Positions 26,677-36,400 of a stretch of 64,000 nucleotides of DNA are shown one piece after another. A program made the translations under genes and the position numbers. The notes below the pieces were generated by a model. That model searched no databases and was not told where the DNA came from. It saw only the letters and a program-made list of their open reading frames with translations. Origin of the DNA: a virus; the IMG/VR virus record IMGVR_UViG_3300025141_016375, positions 1 to 64,000 of that record; one strand, given 5' to 3'. Position 1 is the first letter of the stretch; every line of letters starts with the position of its first letter.

Positions 26677-27352
26677 ACGAAAAAATTATTATTTCACTTT
26701 AGAGCACGAACAGGCAATTATAGATTACTGTTCTACGGAGGATTCTAAAAGCAGAAATGAATTGTACAAAGTTTGGATTGGTCCCGTTTTTGATGAAATG
26801 GTGGACAAAATCGTTTATACCTATCGATTCACCACCCTTCCGAATATCGATGCCTTGCGTGACGACTGTAAAAATTGGTTAATTACTATATTAGATAAAT
26901 ACGACCCCTCGAAAGGCTCTAAAGCCTTCACCTATTTCAGCGTGGTTACAAAAAATTGGTTTATTCATCAAGTTAAAAAAACGAGCAAAAAAGCCAAAAG
27001 AGAAGTTCTTTTGGAAGATTATTTTATTGATAGTACTACTATGCACCAGGCTCACGCTTTAATCGAACGCAATACTATTATTGAGGATCGGATTAAGGTT
27101 GAATTTTTTACTCATTTAAAAGAAGAAGTGGATTCATGGCATGAGTTACCTTTAAAGCCCAATGAAAAGAAAACCGTTCAAGCTATTCAAGTGCTATTTG
27201 ATGAGTCCGAGAAAATAGATATTTTTAATAAAAAAGCTATTTACTTATATATAAGGGAAATTACTGGACTAAATACAAAACAAGTAGTAAGCTCCCTCAA
27301 CAGAATTAGACGAAGATACAGAGAGTTTAAAAAAGAATGGGACGAAAAATAA
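26666..27352 (+). CDS. Phage sigma factor, T4 gp55-like (late transcription)
   Basis: Region-2-like KYDPSKGSKAFTYFSVVTKNWFI; GGAG RBS before the ATG at 26666; lies directly upstream of the structural genes. Confidence 0.75.
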   Translation: MARKRKNYYFTLEHEQAIIDYCSTEDSKSRNELYKVWIGPVFDEMVDKIVYTYRFTTLPNIDALRDDCKNWLITILDKYDPSKGSKAFTYFSVVTKNWFIHQVKKTSKKAKREVLLEDYFIDSTTMHQAHALIERNTIIEDRIKVEFFTHLKEEVDSWHELPLKPNEKKTVQAIQVLFDESEKIDIFNKKAIYLYIREITGLNTKQVVSSLNRIRRRYREFKKEWDEK

Positions 27353-27639
27353 ACGATCTTGAGGCTTATATTGATGAAGCCATCACTAATATTCGGGATG
27401 ATAGAGCCATCACCTCGGCGCTTTTAACAGATATTTTTAATGAGCTACAACAAACTAAAGACATAGATATTCATCGTAATTTAGGCGCAATTGCGTCTAA
27501 ATATGTGGAAACGCTTCAACGTTCTAACGAACAGTTGGTAAAAATTACCGCCATATTAAATAAAAGACAGGATGTTTCAGATTCTTTAGACGAAGACGAC
27601 AAAAAAGAACTGTTTGATCTAATCCAAGGTAGCAATTAA
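27337..27639 (+). CDS. Helical hypothetical protein
   Basis: Overlap-coupled ORF between the sigma factor and the baseplate hub gene; GCTATTTAC at 27236-27244 upstream. Confidence 0.7.
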   Translation: MGRKINDLEAYIDEAITNIRDDRAITSALLTDIFNELQQTKDIDIHRNLGAIASKYVETLQRSNEQLVKITAILNKRQDVSDSLDEDDKKELFDLIQGSN

Positions 27640-28898
27640 TGGCCGACTGGAAGGAAACTTATAACGACGCAGTGAATCAAACGTTATATGATTATAATGA
27701 AACTCGTCGCTTGATCGATCCAGATACGACTGAAGGCCTCAAGCAAGTAAGAGAGGCGATGATTGAAGCGTATACGCCCAATAAGTTATTAGCACAAAAG
27801 TCTTTTAAGGCGATTTGTTTGCGTCAATTGGATACCGTGATTGTTGAGAAAGAGGGGGATTCTCAACAGGGCGGCCATATTTTACGGGTTAAAGCGCGCA
27901 TCCCCGAAATTCATTCTTTTTTGCCTATTCCGACAGGTCCCGATGATTATACAACTTTGGCTTTTTATCCTACTTTTATTAGCCCCGCGGGACCCATGGG
28001 AGAACAAGTAATCACCCCGGGTTCCCCCATACAAGTAAGTTTTGGCAATATGACCAATTTTGCTGACCCCATTTTTGAAGGCGTCTATGATATAGGAAGT
28101 ACTACTGATTCAGATTCGGGCGCACCCAACGCACCGAGTTCGAAAGAGTCTTACGATGTGAATGGTCGACCCGCGCCGGCGGGTGGACCAGCTGCATGCG
28201 AGTCGCCATGCTACGTCGGCGTCCACGAGCCTTACACAGGCGAACGTATCGCATGGAAGCGAGTGGAAACTACCAAGTATAAAAAGGGCTATGGAGGACT
28301 TACGCTGCGCAAAGATAGCGCCGAACGTTTACAAAAGGTGATAGCGATTGTGGAAAGTTATGGCGGAATAATCACTAGTTCTGGTGGCCGCCGCGGCCTA
28401 GGTGCCGCAGTGAGCCCAACGCGCTCTAAAACCTCCTTACATTATACGGGGCGCGCCATGGATTTATATTTAGGATCGGGAATGAAAGATCCCAAAATTG
28501 ATCCTTATGTTATCGTTCTGGATGAATCGTCGCCAAGTGGCCGTCTCTTCCGCGTATATGTTGCGGTAGATGATGGTCCGCAGATAACGTTAGATGCGTG
28601 GACGTATAAGACCCCCCTCACGAACAAAAAAGTAACAGTAACACGAAAATTGCGCGACCTTACGGCTATTTTCAAAAAGCACGGCTTCAGTCGTATTCCT
28701 GCCATGAGGTCATTTATGGAGAAAGGCAATCGCCTTGGGGCTGAATGGTGGCATTTCCAAGATATTACAAATTTGAAGCGTGGAACTTCAACACTTGGGG
28801 ATGAGTTACAAAAGGTATGGGCGACTTCGACATTGATCAAGTCTCCGGTCTGGGCTTATAGGAATTATGTCTGGAAGAGCTATGGTTTTGGTAAGTAA
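27639..28898 (+). CDS. Baseplate hub protein: gp5-like N-terminal OB-fold plus M15 zinc peptidase
   Basis: RVKARIPEIH..LP.P resembles the gp5/VgrG OB domain; SLHYTGRAMD and EWWH are the M15 (VanY-type) motifs SxHxxGxAxD and ExxH. Confidence 0.75.
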   Translation: MADWKETYNDAVNQTLYDYNETRRLIDPDTTEGLKQVREAMIEAYTPNKLLAQKSFKAICLRQLDTVIVEKEGDSQQGGHILRVKARIPEIHSFLPIPTGPDDYTTLAFYPTFISPAGPMGEQVITPGSPIQVSFGNMTNFADPIFEGVYDIGSTTDSDSGAPNAPSSKESYDVNGRPAPAGGPAACESPCYVGVHEPYTGERIAWKRVETTKYKKGYGGLTLRKDSAERLQKVIAIVESYGGIITSSGGRRGLGAAVSPTRSKTSLHYTGRAMDLYLGSGMKDPKIDPYVIVLDESSPSGRLFRVYVAVDDGPQITLDAWTYKTPLTNKKVTVTRKLRDLTAIFKKHGFSRIPAMRSFMEKGNRLGAEWWHFQDITNLKRGTSTLGDELQKVWATSTLIKSPVWAYRNYVWKSYGFGK

Positions 28899-28910
28899 AG
28901 GGTGTAAAGA

Positions 28911-30479
28911 ATGATCATTTCTTTTAAAGCTACGGCGAAATATACTCCTTATGCCTCGGCCGAAACCGGTACAGGAGAAGGCTTCACGGGTCCGCCGCGG
29001 CCAGCAGGACATAAGAAAGTGGTTGTAATTTTTGACATAATTAAAGATTACAAAGAAACCGAGACAAAAATATTTTTATTGCCCGACAAACAAGGCCAGT
29101 TTAAGACAACTTTATTAAAATTATTTGATACATATTCTAATATAATGCCCAAAGACCTCACCAAAGAGCGCTTTAAAAGCGACTTTGTGGAGTGGACTTT
29201 GAAGCAAAATTTTGCTACCGTCGATGTTAACGTACTTAATTCTCACTATGAATTATTATTTGAAGCTGACATCATCGACCCTCTTTCTGCCCAACTCAAA
29301 AAAATGTATGAGTTATACGGAACCCTTCAAGGAAAAGCCGCTCAAAATATTGCTGCTTATGAGAAATCCAAAAGCGAAGGCGGCGCGGGAAGCGAACCAA
29401 TGGAGTCAGCTTTGCGCGAGGCGCCCGATACCCCGGACACTTCCCCGCCGGATAAATTGACCGTGACTCCGGGCCCATCGCCAGCCAAGAGCGATACTCA
29501 AAAACCCAAACGTGATGTTTCAAATTTATCTAGTGCGGCCAAGCAGCGCGTCGCAAGTCAGCCAGATGGCGGAGCGAGCCTCGCCGGTATTCTGGGGGAT
29601 AAATTGCTAGAACCTTTTGCAGGGTTACGTCAATTTGATGGGGATGTTGTTATTAAAGGCTCAAACAACGCCTGGTGTTTGCTGACAAGGGATTTAGGAA
29701 GATATGGAGTCGACGGCTCTACTGGAGCTGGGGCTGTATGGCTCGGTGCCGGTCTAAGTCCTCATGATACTAAAACGGAAGTGGCTGATGGAAATAGCGG
29801 ACCCGGAAGCAATAAACCAGTAGAAAAAAGGCCTACTTTAACTGATGATGCTGCCTTTTTATATCTTTCTCAAAAAAGCGATCCCGATAGCTTACTCGGC
29901 AAAGTCGCGGGGGGTACATATAAAAAAGTCTCCGGCCCTCGCACCGGCGAATCATTTGGCGCTCTGAAAGCTGACGGCGTGGCCATTATTGCAAGAAAGT
30001 CCGGGATAAGATTAATCACAGGAACCGATAGAAAAGCAACAGATGGAGGAAAGATGACTTCCACTTTTGGTATCGATTTGATAGCGGGAAACAGCGATAA
30101 AGATTTGCAACCTATGGTCAAGGGTGATAACTTAGTCACCTATCTTGCCCAACTATCCGATTCTGTTACAAAAGTGGGAGCGGTGCTATATAATTTTATG
30201 ACTGCTCAAAATACCTTCAATGCAAAGTTGATGGTCCATCAACATTATTGTCCCACAGGGGTGGGCTTAGCCTCCTTGGCCGGAAACCCAACGCTCCCAA
30301 TATCAAAATCAATCCCCGACGAAAAATTAGTTGTTTCCGGAATGCAAAAGGTGCTACAAACTTTGCTAAATCAAATAAACGCCGTTAACCAAGCATTGGG
30401 ACAAATTAATAATGATTTCAATGCATTGCAGCGAATAGGCGCTTATAGCATTCGTAGCTCTAAAAATCGAGTTAATTAA
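28911..30479 (+). CDS. Putative gp5 C-terminal-like spike/needle protein
   Basis: Repetitive short beta strands (GDVVIKG, KADGVAIIARKSGIRLITG, IDLIAGN, QPMVKGDNL) followed by an H-x-H; position between the OB-fold gene and gp25. Confidence 0.55.
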   Translation: MIISFKATAKYTPYASAETGTGEGFTGPPRPAGHKKVVVIFDIIKDYKETETKIFLLPDKQGQFKTTLLKLFDTYSNIMPKDLTKERFKSDFVEWTLKQNFATVDVNVLNSHYELLFEADIIDPLSAQLKKMYELYGTLQGKAAQNIAAYEKSKSEGGAGSEPMESALREAPDTPDTSPPDKLTVTPGPSPAKSDTQKPKRDVSNLSSAAKQRVASQPDGGASLAGILGDKLLEPFAGLRQFDGDVVIKGSNNAWCLLTRDLGRYGVDGSTGAGAVWLGAGLSPHDTKTEVADGNSGPGSNKPVEKRPTLTDDAAFLYLSQKSDPDSLLGKVAGGTYKKVSGPRTGESFGALKADGVAIIARKSGIRLITGTDRKATDGGKMTSTFGIDLIAGNSDKDLQPMVKGDNLVTYLAQLSDSVTKVGAVLYNFMTAQNTFNAKLMVHQHYCPTGVGLASLAGNPTLPISKSIPDEKLVVSGMQKVLQTLLNQINAVNQALGQINNDFNALQRIGAYSIRSSKNRVN

Positions 30480-30494
30480 AAAGGATGGTTTCAA

Positions 30495-33400
30495 TTGCCT
30501 AAAGTAGAAGTTTTTAAAAACGCCCCCGATGTAAAAATGCATAATCCAGTGTCTAATGAAATTTTTAGATACGACCATGTGTTCTTTAAACGCCAACAGT
30601 CGTCCTTTGATGTCATTCACATTTATGGACTTTATGGAGTGAAGTCGGGAGGCCCCTCTTACTCTGATAACCCCGCCACTTCGGTATGGTGCACGGCCCC
30701 CCCTGCCACCACTGGTCCAGCCGGCTATGATCGAAAGCCTCTATCTCAATGCTATGGGGGTACTCGCGCCAAAAATGAAATAGCCGAACATATCATTAAA
30801 TATGGAGTAAAAAACAAGTTTTTTAAAGCGGGCACTGTTGCTGCGCCTCTTCCCGAGGTTATCGATATCGCCAATGACCCCGCCAATCCTACTTCATTGA
30901 CCCAGTTTTCCCAATGGCTTCAGCAGACAGAGAAGGAGCGCGGCACCCAAGCTCTTCCAATTTTTGTAGTTAAAGTTCTTCCTATCCCGGCTAATAATTG
31001 GCCTCTCGCCTTCAAGGGGATGCGCCTCATACCCAAAGACTATAAATATGCATACTGTTTCCATGCCATGATTCCCATCGCCGCATTTCAAAAACAAATG
31101 TCAGGAGACTGCACCATTCCCAAAACCGTCACTTCTGATTCTGCGGAGATCCAGAAAAAAGAGGTGGAGAAGGCAATGGACGCCGATAAAAAGGCAAAGA
31201 GCCCTAAGCCACCGGCTCAAGGAACCAAAGCAGAGCCAGGGACTGTAGCCACCACTGAGGGCCAACCTGATATAACAGAAGATAGCTCTACAACACGAGG
31301 AAGCGGCGAAACGTTACGATACGTCAGTACTTATAAAATTGATAACATTCCTCTATATGTAGATATTGTTGCTAAGGTACTGCAAAGAGTAGACACCAAA
31401 ATGAAAGAATATGGGATTACTTTTCCCACTCGCCCTTTGAATCTGGGAGTTCAGATTAAAAACCTTGAATATTTTAAAGACAACATTAAATCACAATTGG
31501 CTAAAGTTGCTTCTCCTGTCGATCCTAAAAAAAGAGTAATTTTGGCTTTTGATAAAAAGTTTAAGTTAACGGCGGTGCAATACGAAGATAAAAAACATCC
31601 CGAGGTTCGAGTTTTAGCGGCACACGCACCCTATTTTTCGCAAACAGCAAATGCTTTAATCTATCATCTGATTCATATTTATAAAAAATATCAAACCACT
31701 TATGGCTCCGCCGAATGGAATGCTCCGGAGGTAGAGATCAGAGCTTTTTTAAAAAAGTACATTTTTCCGACTCCCCTTATTTTAAACACAGCGGCCGGGG
31801 AATATATTGCCGAAAAATACCTTTTAGGAGATAAGCGCCTTTTAAACGAAAAGTTTTGGGATAAATATAAACAATTCCCCATGTCGGCTAACGTTAAAAT
31901 GCAAATGAAAAACTTCGCCGGGGATTCCTATAAAATGATAGGGGACGCCTTGGGCTTCAAATATGCCAGCGGAGGTTTCCAACAGATTGATGATTTTGAT
32001 GATTTTTACGAACAATGTTTAGAATGGATCGATCTTTCTAAAATTATTCAAGTGGCTGCTGTATGTATGATGAAAGCGATTGGGGCTGATGAATGGATCG
32101 ATAAAATTTGTAAAGAGGTCGTCGACGAGTTTGAAAAACACCGGGATGCCATTATTGGTTGGTGTGAAAGCCAAGATGACCCCGCCACCAAAGCCTTTGC
32201 TAAAGAGCTAAAGGACCTGATGTTTGCAGGCGAAAATTGGATGCTTAAGCAAACAGAATCTATGCTGGTGCAAGGGGCCAAAAAACTCGCTGAAATGGCC
32301 GTCACCGCTGCGGACCGAGAAACGTGGGCGTCTACTACAAGCTTGCGTAATTATTTGCAAAATCTTTCCCGGGAGGCCAACGCCCTGCAAGAAGAGTTGT
32401 CGGAGGCACCCCTTCACAAAGAACCTTCGGGCCTAGTCGATAAGATTGCCAATTTAAAGGATCAGTTGGAAGACATGAAAGAGGCTGTGGCCAAACAGAA
32501 GCAGCGCCAAACGGATTTGGGCACTGCGCTCCCGGCCAATGAAACAAATTTATACGGACAGCTTTTAGATGAAAAGAATCGCATTAGCACAAAAATAGGA
32601 AAACTACAAGGAGCCCAACGTTTACGGCAAGAACAGTTTACGATATACAATCTTCTGCTAGACGAGATTTTACCAGAACTAACTGTATTAAATCCCTATT
32701 TAAGCGAAACAACGAAGGGCTCCTCAACCGATAAAACTGAGATATATGACTGGTTTGAATCCGCACGTAATGCGACCCCCTCTAAGTTGAAAGAGACAGC
32801 AGCTGCTTCGTTAAACGAGGCGACACTCAGAACGCGCCTGGACGCCATTGCCATTGACGTTGCCGGGGGAACAGTGGTCGGTGGTGTCTCTTCTAAACTT
32901 TATTTTAATGTGGCATCTACCTACGTTGATATCTATCAGGATTATCATCTTTTTGCAGCGTCGACGGATGGAAAAGACAAAAATAACGCCCAAATGATAG
33001 AAGACACTTTTGATTCTCTACTGGTCAAAGTAGGTTTATTACTTAAAATAATTCATGAAAAGGGAGCACAAACAGGCTCTTTTGGAAGTTTGTTAAAAGA
33101 AGGCGCATTCAAAGGGGGAAAAGCAGCCCTCTTAGAAATGTTCGACAAAGACCAGCGTAAAAGAGCAATGCTCTGCGCCGCCATTTTTGCTACTGTAGGT
33201 GCCGCCATTTATGGAATATATTACTTGATTGATAATTGGGATGAAGTTTCTGTGGCTATGACGGGGGATATGAAAAAATTAGCCGGAGCTATTGAAAAAC
33301 GCTTCGCGCTGTTTATGCGCACTGATTATCCAGTTATGGACATCTTAGAGAGTCTTAAAGAGGCCGCCAAACAAATAGGCTTAAACTTATTGAAAGACTT

Positions 33401-36400
33401 AGTAGTAAATACCATAATGTGGCTCGTAGACGTTATGCAAGCTGCGTGTGCCGAAGAAGAATTGGTGGCGGCTCCTTATTCCCCATTTGGGCAAGTTAGC
33501 CTGGGTGACTTCATGGTTGCCAGCAAGACTAACAATAATTTGACCAGCGGCGAAGGTGTGATGGAGCGTACCAAAAGCTTTACGGCCCTCTCCACACAAA
33601 CTAATATAAGCTTAGAGACTTTTAACATCATTTTAAGTACCTTGTCTGCTGGCCTCAGTATCCGAGAAGTGTGCTCTCTCCTAGAGGAAACAGCCCCCGG
33701 AGGCACGTATAATCGTGCAATTCAAATATTACAGACCATTCCTCAATTACAAAATACTTCTTTTTATGATTATTACGTTAATATGGATGGCATTAAAACA
33801 TTCTTTGAACTTATTTCTAAAGATATTAAACCTCAATATTGTATTTTGGCCAAACAGGCTTTTGAGCGAGAAAAAGAACTACTTTTAAATATATGTGTCG
33901 ATCCAGCCGACGACGTTTTGGCTGCTAATTTGGCCGATTACCTCAGTTCAGAAGATGTATTAGAAGCATTAGCCAATCGAAAAAAATCTAATTTGGATCG
34001 GGCAGGCGACGCGGCAAAGTTTTTAGGGCAAATTCTCGATGGACCGGAGGAAATTGATCCGATGTGCGGTGGCGGAGCAAATAGTATGAGCCCGCGGCAC
34101 GAATCTCAACAATACGCGGCCAACCAGGCCGGTGACGCTATCTTTGCCGCCATTGAAAAAGTTTTTGAAGACGAGATCAGAAGGATAAAGTACATTTATA
34201 GAGATGACGCCGCGTTAATGAACGCATGGGCGGCTCAACAGACGGCCGAAGGCGGGGACACCCCCTCCAATATGAAGCTTTTCTCGGATGCAATTTTGGG
34301 CGCCCCCGCTCAATCGAAAGCAGCAGGCGACGCTGCCATGGCCGAGTTTGAGAGCATTGCCGGTATCGCCACCGCAGCGGATGTAGATTTTGTCGCCAAT
34401 AAGATTAGAACCCAAATAAGAGGCCTCAACACTAGGAATGCTTTTGTGGTAAAATATGCCCAAGTCGATGCGGCCGACGACTTTGACACCACCATCAAAA
34501 CCAAGACAGAAATTGCGGAACTTATTAAGGGCTGGGCGTGGGCGGCCATCCATCCGCAGGATATGGCACAGAACCCCGAGATGTTCTTCGTGATGTTGGA
34601 GTATGGGGATGTAGACGCATGGAGAGGAGTTTGGTACGAGGACAAGGGAAACCCCTTCGCTTCTGACCAAGAGTTTTGGAAAAGTTTTGGATACCCAGAT
34701 GGGCAACCCGAGCTGCCTGACGAGTCTGACGACAGTGAAGCCTACCTAGACTTGCAAAAGATACTGCAAGTAGTTGGAACCGCCACTATCATACCAGCGT
34801 TTTCATTCGATTTAGGAACCGATGTGTCTTTGGATTGGGGCGCATATCACCCGCAACTCTTCGCCGGCCTAGATAGAATGATTAGATTTAGATATAAACC
34901 CACGGCGCCGGGGAAGCCTAACGTCAGCTTGCAGGTATATATCCCGTCCACCGGCGAAATATTGGCTTCCTATAAAACGAGAAAAGTGGGACTCCCGTTT
35001 AATTTCTATATGCTTTATCAGGAACAAAACGGCTGGAATGACAAGGCTGCTTGGCTAAATAACGTTTTTCTTTATCAGTTTGCATGGCCCAACAATACAT
35101 ATAATATTTTAATTAATAGTATTTTTGAAGATTTGCTACGTTATTCGGGCGATAATGGGCTGTATACACGCGAGAACTTCTCTGCATTACATTTAAATAA
35201 GTACAGCCCCTGGTCTACTTTAACAAACGGGGAGCCCAACCCAGAAAAATGTTTCCTTGGGTTCTTTAATAAAAACGTTTTAAATAACCAAACTCAGAAA
35301 ATGATTGATGCACTGGCATGTTTCAATCCAGATTCTGTTAGTAAAAATTCTACTACAGTTTCTTTTATAAAAATGTTGGTGGATTGTTTGATCCGGGTGA
35401 TCGTTGTAAAAGAGACGATGAAGACGTTGTTTACTTTTGGAATATTTAACAAGTCACAATTATACGTGAAAGACATAGAGGGGGAAGACGAAGAAGTTCC
35501 TTTTTTCCAGGTATATTTTAAAAAAGAAATTGAACGAGCCCTTCTAAAACAATTTGGAGTAATTGCTAGCCAGCTTTTTAATCCTCGCCAAGGCCTAGGA
35601 TATAGCGGAAAGGTAGGCAAAGCCGTCAAAGTAGACAAAGAGGAAGAGGGTGCAGGCGATCCCGATGCCATCTTTGCAGATCCGTGTAGCATGGAGCCTG
35701 CCCTGGAAACGGCCAACTTTCAAGCCGCCGCCACCGAACTTCAAAAATTCAATGATGAGATTATAGCCGAGTGGGTAACGGGAGTAACGCGCGTTTTATT
35801 TCAAAACGAACAACTAACAGACGCCGAAGCCATTTCTATCAACATCAACCAGCAGATCGCTTATGTTCAAGAAGTGCTATATCGCGGCATTCCTGATAAC
35901 GTCAAAGGAGAACAGTTAAGTGGCACCTTAGCAGCCTATCAACAGGCCGCGGCTAAAGCCTCTAAAAATACGTTTCTAGAGAATTTTGACCCCCACACAG
36001 GAGGAAGCGAAACATGGGTAGCGGAAGCTAGCAATTTAATTAAATTGGAAAAATTAAATGCAAAGGCCAAGCTCTTAACAATTGAAAATGATGCATTAGA
36101 AAGCTTTTTCAACCCTGCTCCTGTATTAGCGAGCAAGGGAGAAACTGAAACGATGCGCGCCGAGCGCTTATGGTTTCCCTACGACCGTCTCATGCTAAGC
36201 CCAGCTACGATCTATATGGAATGGCAACTTGTGGAGCAGAGGGAGGCAAAGGCGTCGCTGTGGCGGTATATCAACACCTCGGCGCAGTCGTACTGGACCG
36301 CAAAATACTCTGGAGTGGACGAGCTGGTCGAGTGGATCGAACAAGACCAGAGCGTCGTCGGTGCACACACCAATCCAGATAGGAACACCTGGACTAAACT

